Assembly: GCA_018985225.1 (NCBI GenBank)
Contig: JADGIF010000446.1
Location: 1 to 8,440 of the forward strand
DNA length: 8,440 bases
Reading direction: 5' to 3'
Source of the DNA: Amoeboradix gromovi X-113
Taxonomy: Eukaryota > Fungi > Sanchytriomycota
Every line of letters starts with the position of its first letter. The stretch's first letter is position 1. The position numbers were made by a program, and so were the translations under genes. Below the pieces are notes generated by a model that ran no database searches, was not told the origin of the DNA, and was given only the letters and a program-made list of their open reading frames with translations. Below, one piece after another: positions 1 through 7,695 of this stretch.

Positions 1-146
1 GCTTCAAGCTAAAACAGGATCAATATCTAGATGAATTGATGCGACATTACAGCATTGTAAACCGAGGCGATATCGAAAGCGCAGTTTATATGTACGATGA
101 GATGGGACTATTTGATTTATCAGATGAACTACTGAGTGATGATTAG
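1..146 (+). CDS. 3' end of an unknown protein-coding gene entering from the left edge (partial)
   Basis: Frame starting at base 3 is open to TAG at 144-146: FKLKQDQYLDELMRHYSIVNRGDIESAVYMYDEMGLFDLSDELLSDD*. It has a protein-like composition with an acidic tail and is followed by an AT-rich spacer convergent with epsin. No family recognised. Confidence 0.55.
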   Translation, partial: FKLKQDQYLDELMRHYSIVNRGDIESAVYMYDEMGLFDLSDELLSDD

Positions 147-314
147 TTTTTACTACAAATTCATTCGATGATCGCTGCACTAAAGGCCTCTTATGAAATA
201 TAAGCATTATGCATATATTCCTGAAAAGTGTCTCATACATTTAACTTTTGCGATAGAAGAGTTTTTCTAGCAATATACTAATTAATAAATTTAAAATGAA
301 TTTACTCAGTTTGT

Positions 315-1899
315 CTACATAAATGGATTATTCTGATTTTTACTCTGTTGGGTATTCATTTGATTCATTGGCAGCCCTGGGAACTGCTGCTGTGTATTTT
401 GAAACGGATTGGGTTGAGTCTTTGGCACTACGTTAACTGCGATTACCTGCCTGACTTTGTGGTCTATTATATGATGCACCAGTTGAAATACTTGCCACAC
501 TTACAGGACTGGATTGTTTTCCAAATTGTTTAGGTGGCTTGTTATCAAATATATTGTCTAAATTTACCAAACTAGAGCCCTGGACTTGCTGCTGCTGATA
601 AATAGGAGCTTTCTGAGCCGGCAGTCCAGTTAGTGATGGGATCATTGCAGGCATGTCTCGCTGTTGAACGTTTGTCAAAGGGGTTGGTTCCAAGACTAAT
701 CCGCTTCCGCCTCGTTGGTAGCTTGTTTGCTGAGCACTGTAGTTTGTATTTGCATACGGATTCATGATCTGTTGATTCATAGGGATTTGCTGATGAAAAG
801 AAGTCTGTGGCTGCTGGGAATATGTTGAAATACCACTTGAGGGAGGGTTTATAGACTGCTGGCCAAATGGATTACTGCTAGCATTTGATTGCTGCCCAAA
901 TGGATTTTGCGACACTTGACTGTTTATGCTCGAGCTAAATTGGTTGCTAAATGGCTGAGACTGCGCAGTTTGTTGTGGTTGCTGGTATCCGAATGGATTA
1001 GATTGCTGGGATTGCATAGTTTGCATGGGCTGAATAAAATCAAAAGACGCTTGAGGTTGTCTTTGCTGTTGTCTGACATCAAAAACAGGTTGTGGTTGAA
1101 ATTGCTGTTGAGACTGCTGAGACTGTTGCTGCTGCTGAAATGGATCGTTAAATTGTTGAACGGGAGCCGCTACATAATTGGATTCTATTTCAAATGGATC
1201 ATAGTGGCTATGGGCTGGATTTAAAGATGGTTGATCAAATGCATCAACTGTGATCAGATCAACTGGAGACTGCGGAGGTTTACTAACTACAGATTGAGGT
1301 CTGTCGTATTGCTGCTGCGAAGAGGCATGTTCTCTATACTTTTGCTCCTTGTAAAATTCCGCTTTACTTAAAGCCAACGCCTTTTGTAAATCTTGTTCAA
1401 ATTGATCTCCGCCTCCAGCTGTAGGCTTAACAGACGTAGATAACTTACTACTCAGTGCCATACGTTGCTCCCTCTCTTTGGTTAACCGTTCCTTGTCATT
1501 TAGTAAACTAATTATATCACTAGATTTATCGCGAATACATTTACCTTGATCTCTGCCATCTTCATCTATATACTGGAATTCAACGAGTGTTTTAATTAAA
1601 TAAACATGCTCATTAACAAAACGGATACTTTCTTCTGCACCAGCATGCAATAAATAGTCTAGAACCACTAAGGTCTTAAAAACATGGCGCCAGTTTTTAC
1701 CATGATCATTTAGACGCTTATTGATGATATCAAGCATTTGTAAAAGCAATTGGGGGTTGAATGAGGAATCAGCTAACTCTTGTAGCTGGGTAGTGGAAGG
1801 ACCCCAGGGATCATTGCTAGTAGCTTCCCTTAATTTTACCTGTATATCTGTGTACCCTTTAAGAACATTTTTAGTTTCTCTCATAGCAGTTCGATACAT
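315..1899 (-). CDS. ENT1: Epsin (Ent1/Ent2-like endocytic adaptor); proposed join(447..1899, 315..427), 521 aa
   Basis: N-terminal ENTH domain (KNVLKGYTDIQVKLREATSNDPWGP...KRLNDHGKNWRHVFKTLVVLDYLL...FQYIDEDGRDQG), a UIM (FEQDLQKALALSKAE) and a Q/S/P-rich tail with DPF/NPF motifs. First ATG is at 1899 (MYRTAMRETK); the track's 1977 start is a TTG. An NPF-bearing segment in another frame (PKTQPNPF...NNPFM*, stop 315-317) appears to be the true C-terminus. ENT1 versus ENT2 orthology cannot be resolved. Confidence 0.93.
428..446 (-). other. Candidate 19-nt spliceosomal intron in epsin
   Basis: Minus strand reads GCAG|GTAATCGCAGTTAACGTAG|TGCCA: GT donor, branch-like TTAAC, TAG acceptor. Removal deletes the in-frame TAA and joins ...QSQA to VPKTQPNPF in frame. 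Confidence 0.55.
860..1140 (-). repeat. Low-complexity CAG/CAA (Gln-rich) coding tract with repeated NPFG units inside epsin
   Basis: Encodes QQQQQSQQSQQQ, SNPFGYQQ, QNPFGQQS and SNPFGQQS. Confidence 0.7.
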
Positions 1900-1985
1900 T
1901 GATGATGGGAGATGGCTTTTACTAAATGTTTCACGCGATTTTCTTGTAAAAAATATCTTGCACTTGAATGCACTCAAGCTACTTA

Positions 1986-2270
1986 TTAAAAGACCTTATT
2001 TATGGGAAAACCAAGAATTTCCACAAAGAAGCTGAAAATCCTGTCGCTCCTTTGCAGTTGCTGCTCACGCTTCCAATAAATTGACGCGGGTGGAATACGG
2101 GTTCAAGTTTTCAATTATATGTTCCTTGATACCATATTGTCTCTATCTACGTTTGAATAATTTGCTCAAGTTATCTTTCCAAAATACCTCTCTTTAGAAT
2201 ACCACACCTTGTGTAGGTTTGGCTAGTAAATGCTTTTTTACATCCAACCCACATTTCCTCTTTCTTTAAA
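1986..2270 (-). mobile_element. Degenerate Fanzor2/IS607-TnpB-like element relic (copy A): C-terminal coding remnant plus 3' end
   Basis: Minus-strand translation across stops and frameshifts gives FKERG...KAFTSQTYTRCGILK...NVDRDNMVSRNI*. Hand-counted identity to copy B: 33/40 nt (2196-2235 vs 7297-7336), 31/34 (2116-2149 vs 7213-7246), 40/48 (1986-2033 vs 7080-7127). Confidence 0.88.
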
Positions 2271-2658
2271 CCTAAACGCCAATGTTGGACCGATTTTGAG
2301 TGCAGAAGAGCATATTTTTAATATTGCAGGCTTTATTTTAGTTTGTCATATTTAGGATGAGCCTATTTGGAACCATATGCAATAGACGAAAAGAAAGACT
2401 ATCGAGTATTTATAAGCGTAGAATAGTCTAGAAAGAGAGCATTTTAGAGCGATATAGCTCATGTAATCGCGACAAGCGGTCTATCTAATTTAAATTGAGA
2501 ACTACTTTGTTTGTTGCGCTTAGGTCTTTTGCTGAATCTTCCTGTGCTTATTGTAATTTTTATTGGGTTATTCAAAACTTGGCAGCTGAGCATATATTTC
2601 ACTACACCTTAGCTCTTATAATCTGCTTTTATATAGAATATCATTTTAAAACAAGGAA

Positions 2659-3525
2659 ATGAGCTTTGTCAAACCGATACAAAATGGAATATTGTTGAAC
2701 AAGGATGGAGAAGAGACATCAATCAACAATGCAGATTACCTGATGGAAGAAGGTAATCAACTGCCTCTTTCCAATGTTATTTTCAATTCTTATACAGTTA
2801 AAGATGTATACATTGCATATCATCATAGGGAGTTAGATTATGCGACCTACTTATTAAAAGCGAGTGAGTTAGATTCTCAAGTGCTAAAACCAATGGATAG
2901 AATTGAACTATTAAAAATGTTTACTACTAATCTGATTGAGAGACCTGAATGGGATACCCCAGTAGCTCAAATCCCTAACTCATTAATGTATTGGAGCTCT
3001 TCTACAATTGACGCTCAACCTATACTAGACGCTGTTGAGAGCGAACTAGCTCGTGAGAACAAGTCAGTTGTTCGACCCATTATCATCGTACCAGTTGATG
3101 TTAATTCTATGATACATATTGGTAACATTAAGCAATTTATTGAATCTGGAACCATTGATAGAAACAAAATAAGAGCCAATGAGCCACCTGAAGTCGTCAT
3201 CACACCTAAACAGTACCAAATTGCTGAGCATCTGAAGATAGTAGCCAGCGATTCCGTTCAAACACTAAGAAAGGGCGACTGGGATCGTGTTATCGCTGCG
3301 TTTATTCAGGGCCACCAATGGGACTTTTCATTGTTTCCACAGAATCCGTTGCAAACTATGCTGGGTGTATATGTCGGTTTTCGGCCTCCTGAGTTCAAAT
3401 TCCCTGGTTTAAAGATATTTCTGGTTGACCAGCAGCAAGCTCATAAAGATGTCATAGTTCAAAAGCAGATATTTACTGAATTGCATTCATTCGTCGCCTC
3501 AAACAAGAAGCAATTTTTAAAGTAA
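2659..3525 (+). CDS. CDC73: Cdc73/parafibromin, Paf1 complex subunit (compact, 288 aa)
   Basis: CDC73_C signature motifs RPIIIVPVDVNSMIHIGNIKQFIESG, DWDRVIAAFIQGHQWDF and QQQAHKDVIVQKQIF. The N-terminal YATYLLKA...KPMDRIELLKMF segment fits CDC73_N. Confidence 0.92.
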   Translation: MSFVKPIQNGILLNKDGEETSINNADYLMEEGNQLPLSNVIFNSYTVKDVYIAYHHRELDYATYLLKASELDSQVLKPMDRIELLKMFTTNLIERPEWDTPVAQIPNSLMYWSSSTIDAQPILDAVESELARENKSVVRPIIIVPVDVNSMIHIGNIKQFIESGTIDRNKIRANEPPEVVITPKQYQIAEHLKIVASDSVQTLRKGDWDRVIAAFIQGHQWDFSLFPQNPLQTMLGVYVGFRPPEFKFPGLKIFLVDQQQAHKDVIVQKQIFTELHSFVASNKKQFLK

Positions 3526-3544
3526 ATATAGTTGTTTTACTCAT

Positions 3545-5824
3545 TTAACTGTCATATTCTACTACTCTTTTAAAAGTTGCTGGGAATTCCAAGTCCAAGT
3601 AAGAATAAAAATAAAAGTTCTTCATAACATCCGTAAATGCTAAATATCCATCAGGATGGATCGCAAATGAATTGAGCGGTTGATCTACTGGTATCTTATA
3701 ATACAGTGGATCTGGAAGCAATAAGTTATAGAAATAAATCCCGCCAAACGCTGGTGTTGTAAATTCGTAATCGGAGATCCAGTGTATACTGTTCTGGTTC
3801 ACTCCGCAGTATGATATATGTGCGTCGTCCACACCTATTAGTTCACCCATTTCAATAAAGACTTTACTTCGTGGTCCTATTTTTCTTAGTATCGTTTTTT
3901 GATCATAATCATTTCTTTTTAATGGCAATGAGTGATAGAGCTCTAACAGTGGTGTAATTGCGTCCTCGATATCATAAATTCTTATCTTATCAGTAGAGTT
4001 GGAGAATATAATGTAGTTCTCATTAATGTCAAAGCTTACAAAGTTATTGTCATGAGAATCTACACTGTATATCTGAATTATCTCTAATTTGAACGGGTCC
4101 ACTAGATACCCTGGCCAATCTTGCGTTATTCCACCCTTGGTCATTTCGTTATCTGTACATCCCACTCCCAGGTAGGACCCACAGGGTGAAGATTTTAAAC
4201 TGCATATTTCTATATTATCCTTGGGCATGTCTATGGAGATTTCGTCAAACTTGACAGCTTCCAGTTTATCCCATCTTCTTATCCTATTTCCATATGTCTT
4301 TATTGTGTCATTCTCCATCTTCGCAAAAGAGGCAAACAGATATCTACTGCTCTTCCCTCTTCCGAATTCAATCGCTGTAACTTTCAGTCCGTTTCCTTGG
4401 TCATATTTACATTTGCTATTTCCTACTTTATCAAGTGAGCACAGGCCGTTCTTATCTATTCTAACTATATTAATTCCACTATTGTTAGTTTTAACATTAG
4501 CACTTGTTACTGCTAGTTCTAGTTCATAGTTATACGGTCTATCTACACTGTATGCGTGGACATCAGTCATCTCATCGAACGGTTTACTATTCAACCTAGG
4601 GGTTCTCAACTCCAACTCATTGTAGTCGTTGACAAACCAAGTTTCCATGCTGCCGTCTTGTCCTATAGATATGGCTTTGTTAGTTCCATATGTATGGGCA
4701 ATTCCAACACCAGCAGAGTATTCTCTATTATCAACGCAGCCAATATGAATTTTTGGAAAGTAAATTGTGCTATTGTTGCAATTAATGAAATAAACATTGC
4801 CTGCAGAAACAGAGTTGTTAGTAGTTAGTGATGTACCCATTATTATAGGAAAACTGTTGTTGTGATTTTCTAAAAACCTGATTTTACTACCTTCTTGAGT
4901 ATTTACATTATGAATTGTGAATTTCAGTTTATAGTCACGATTTGCAGTAGGCGGCTTAACATTGGGTACCAGCGTATGGAATAAAACAAATGGAATTTCG
5001 TCATCGTTTAAATGTTTACCAAAACTGTTACTCCATGCTTTGATGCCCCTCTTGCGATGAGCTAGGCTGGTATTTAGTTCATTATTGAATAGTGGGACGC
5101 TGATCATTGTCGATGTAATACTGGCAGAGGGAGGAAGATAAGGTATATCAGGAATCTTGTATTTATCAAGCATATCCATAGTGATAGTGCCATTGCGCAA
5201 GTGCTTGAGAAGCAAACAGATAATAAAGTATTCAACACACAGTTGGTTGTTATACAATTTGAAAATGGATTTTGGATTACAGCAATGCGGAATAGCAGGA
5301 GGGTGAGATGGATCAGCAGTAATTGGTCCTGTTTCTATGCTAAACTTTTCGAAAGGCAACGGAACATCAAACTCATCAAACTCTTCAGTTAATAAATGAT
5401 CTAAAAACATATCAACATCTCTTTGGGTATTCATATCCATTATCCTATCAGTGTACATACTCAGATCGTTCCTGGATTCTTCTAACTGACAATGGTTATG
5501 ATGATAAGAGACAAGATCATTAACAGTCATGTCAAATTCTGGAATGTAACCAGGTTCATCCAAGTATGATTGGGTTAATTGCAGTAGATCTAAAGAGCTG
5601 CAAATTAAGCTATACTTTTGGGAAATAGATACAATACGATCAATCCATTTTAATTCAAAAAAGCAAAAATTATTAGGAATAAGAGCCAAGGATATGCGTA
5701 ATGACTCGCATTGGTCAGCATTTTTAGGATTAGAAATGGATTCATTGCTCTTTTTTAAGCGTCTTTTGGCGTGTATTATGCTTTTGAATGCAGAAACTAC
5801 ATCAAATGAGGATTTCGTTGCCAT
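3545..5824 (-). CDS. WD40 beta-propeller protein, 759 aa (possibly a Raf1/Dos1-like DCAF)
   Basis: Long intact ORF whose C-terminal half has divergent WD repeats: AISIGQDGSMETWF, KVTAIEFG...IRRWD, ICSLKSSPCGSYLGVGC, FVSFDINENYIIFSNSTDKIRIYDI, LNSFAIHPDGYLAF. The WD40 call is solid; the subfamily call is tentative. Confidence 0.75.
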   Translation of the reverse strand: MATKSSFDVVSAFKSIIHAKRRLKKSNESISNPKNADQCESLRISLALIPNNFCFFELKWIDRIVSISQKYSLICSSLDLLQLTQSYLDEPGYIPEFDMTVNDLVSYHHNHCQLEESRNDLSMYTDRIMDMNTQRDVDMFLDHLLTEEFDEFDVPLPFEKFSIETGPITADPSHPPAIPHCCNPKSIFKLYNNQLCVEYFIICLLLKHLRNGTITMDMLDKYKIPDIPYLPPSASITSTMISVPLFNNELNTSLAHRKRGIKAWSNSFGKHLNDDEIPFVLFHTLVPNVKPPTANRDYKLKFTIHNVNTQEGSKIRFLENHNNSFPIIMGTSLTTNNSVSAGNVYFINCNNSTIYFPKIHIGCVDNREYSAGVGIAHTYGTNKAISIGQDGSMETWFVNDYNELELRTPRLNSKPFDEMTDVHAYSVDRPYNYELELAVTSANVKTNNSGINIVRIDKNGLCSLDKVGNSKCKYDQGNGLKVTAIEFGRGKSSRYLFASFAKMENDTIKTYGNRIRRWDKLEAVKFDEISIDMPKDNIEICSLKSSPCGSYLGVGCTDNEMTKGGITQDWPGYLVDPFKLEIIQIYSVDSHDNNFVSFDINENYIIFSNSTDKIRIYDIEDAITPLLELYHSLPLKRNDYDQKTILRKIGPRSKVFIEMGELIGVDDAHISYCGVNQNSIHWISDYEFTTPAFGGIYFYNLLLPDPLYYKIPVDQPLNSFAIHPDGYLAFTDVMKNFYFYSYLDLEFPATFKRVVEYDS

Positions 5825-5900
5825 TCAAAACAATGACAGAAGGATAAATCAATGAAACTGAGTTAGTAATTAACCCTTAAGAGAAACGAGTTAACAGAAT

Positions 5901-6671
5901 CTAAAGTAACACCTGCTTAATTATTTCTACAATCAAGGATTTGCGCTCATCAATAAAAGATCGTTCAGCAGGCAAAATGGTCCAAACTAAATCGGGCATA
6001 AAAACCAGCTTATGAAGCATAGCTTTCTGACATATTGCTGGAATCATAGTTTCGTTGACAAAATCTTTTTGCAAAATTACGCCTAAAGCTTGCAGTCCAA
6101 GCAGAAACTCTTGTTTAGCACCATGATAGTGCAATACTGATGTATGAGAATGACACTTGGAAATTATCTGATGTACCAGTATGTTGATGTGCGGTGATAT
6201 ATATACTTCACTCATTTTACCCTGTATATCAATCAAAAAATCTCGCGATAGTAAATCTAGCGACTGTAATGAAGGGCAAGACTTAGTAATAACATAAGAC
6301 AACGGAATTTGACTCAGAAGCGAGGGTGGTAAGCTCCAAAGATGGGTAGAAGAGACGCAAAATATTTGAAATGGATTTTTGATTAAATTCATGATAATCT
6401 TCAAAAGCACTTCATCAGATGCATTTTCGAGAGAGTTGAGAAGCGTGTACCTATCACTACTACATAAGGTGTCATCTGCAGCAGTATCCTTATGTAGATT
6501 GATGACATCAAATTTTATAAAACAGGCTAAAATTAAGTCAATGTTAAGAAAATTACCAATAATGAGCAATGGCTGCTTCATAATTAAGCTACACATCAAC
6601 ATTAGTATGAGTTCCTCGTCTATATCACCTCTGCTCTGCAATGTGTTTATAATAGTTTTAAACCATGACAT
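5901..6671 (-). CDS. Degenerate MoxR/ChlI-type AAA+ protein with lid domain (Mtc2-like)
   Basis: First ATG is at 6671 (MSWFK); the track's 6689 start is a GTG. The motif order LLIIG...LLNSLENASDEV...LPPSLLSQI...VYISPHI...ALGVILQKDFV...AMLHKL follows the MoxR/ChlI AAA+ core and lid, but Walker A and Walker B are degenerate. Confidence 0.6.
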   Translation of the reverse strand: MSWFKTIINTLQSRGDIDEELILMLMCSLIMKQPLLIIGNFLNIDLILACFIKFDVINLHKDTAADDTLCSSDRYTLLNSLENASDEVLLKIIMNLIKNPFQIFCVSSTHLWSLPPSLLSQIPLSYVITKSCPSLQSLDLLSRDFLIDIQGKMSEVYISPHINILVHQIISKCHSHTSVLHYHGAKQEFLLGLQALGVILQKDFVNETMIPAICQKAMLHKLVFMPDLVWTILPAERSFIDERKSLIVEIIKQVLL

Positions 6672-7079
6672 TGAGAGTGTATGATACACGGGAGTATTCT
6701 ACTTTTTGGACACACCTTAAAGTAATTAGTATGACAACCAATCCAACAAAGTACCTGTAATTTTAACATTTCTCTATTTTATACGCTAAGAAATACACTA
6801 AGTACCAAGAATAAGAATAGTAAACTCGATTTGTTACAACGTTATTATTAACATAGTATATCGACTCTGTTTATTGAGATGACAAAAACTCGCATTTATT
6901 CTAATCAAACGTCTAATGGATCTAGCCAATCGCCTAATTAAATGTGAATATCTGAAATAATTCAGAGTTCACATCTCTCAAGGTTAGACAAGTTGGGTAG
7001 ATACCATCTAAGCATATTCCTGAATGGATTCATATCTCTGTGATTTTCATGACCGCATTTAGTCCACATGGACTCCTCG

Positions 7080-7200
7080 TTAAAAGTCCTGATTTCCGAG
7101 AAAATCAAGAATTTCCACAGAGAAACTAGCAATGCAAGATGCTTCGTTAGAGTGATTGCTCACGCTTTCACTACCCTGAGGCGGAATTGAATAAGGATGC
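7080..7200 (-). ncRNA. Candidate omegaRNA (fRNA) scaffold and right end of the Fanzor2 element
   Basis: Conserved with 1986-2105 beyond the last catalytic motif. Contains the stem-loop AGUGA-aa-GC-GUGA-GC-aa-UCACU (7151-7172, GNRA loop) and the 10-bp hairpin UCUUGAUUUU-CUCG-GAAAUCAGGA (7087-7110) just before the shared end CUUUUAA. The 5' boundary is approximate. Confidence 0.55.
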
Positions 7201-7506
7201 AGATACTTGATGTATATGTTCCTTGCAGCCATATTGTCTCTATCTATCTTCAAATGACACTTTGTACAGGTGTATGTTTCTAAGTTGGTTTTCTTCAGAA
7301 TAGCACACCTTATACATGTCTGACTAGTAAATGCTTCATTATATTCGACCATCGTCTTTCCTCTTTGTTTACATTTGAACTTCAAGCGTTCCTTGAATGT
7401 GTAATGGGACATTGTAGACATATCTCTTGCGACCTTGCTCGACAAGGTACTTATCATTTGACTAGTATTGAAAGATGGCAAGTATAATAAGATCATATGT
7501 CTTTGT
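7080..7506 (-). pseudogene. 5'-truncated Fanzor2 (eukaryotic IS607-type TnpB) relic (copy B)
   Basis: Reads LPSFNTSQM...SKVARDMSTMSHYTFKERLKFKC...NEAFTSQTCIRC...CTKC..KIDRDNMAARNI: RuvC-II region, C4 zinc ribbon and RuvC-III DRD motif. Removing one base near 7482 restores TKTYDLIILPSF. No RuvC-I or REC sequence is recognisable upstream. Confidence 0.88.
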
Positions 7507-7695
7507 ATGCTGTACCTGCTAGTTATTTCTTTAGATTCGACATATTCGGGATTACATCCATTAATTGGGACATGCTCTGTAAATACTAGACTAGACAATT
7601 TGTATCGAAATTTCAAAAATAAATATTTTGTACAGCTATTCTCTTACTCTTTCATCCAGCCTTTATTTTAGAATTGCAGGATAACTATTGACTTT

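Noticed and set aside
4-240. 78-aa minus-strand ORF in the track
   Set aside because: No recognisable motifs, and it overlaps a more protein-like plus-strand frame ending at 146.
1900-1977. 26-aa N-terminal extension of epsin from a TTG start
   Set aside because: The context is eukaryotic, and ENTH helix 0 normally lies at the extreme N-terminus, matching the ATG at 1899.
348-2035. Plus-strand ORFs 348-533, 889-1224 and 1721-2035
   Set aside because: Antisense shadows of epsin; the Leu-rich content simply mirrors CAG/CAA codons.
2327-2341. 14/15 match to 7657-7671 (CAGsCTTTATTTTAG), upstream of both relics
   Set aside because: Short and AT-rich, not at a colinear distance, and it does not extend, so it cannot be called a shared left end.
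5871-5877. Telomere-like TAACCCT
   Set aside because: A single unit with no tandem array.
3015-6684. Small ORFs 3015-3203, 3064-3261, 4221-4529, 4556-4828, 5201-5392 and 6379-6684
   Set aside because: All are antisense to longer, better-supported genes and have no motifs of their own.
7507-7616. First ~37 codons of the 178-aa track ORF as part of a functional mini-TnpB
   Set aside because: Non-ATG start, no TnpB similarity, and joined to the relic only through a frameshift near 7482. RuvC-I is absent, so it cannot be an active nuclease.
7468-7671. 67-aa plus-strand ORF in the same frame as the Fanzor1-like ORF
   Set aside because: Non-ATG start, partly antisense to the relic, and separated from the downstream frame by TAG 7669-7671.
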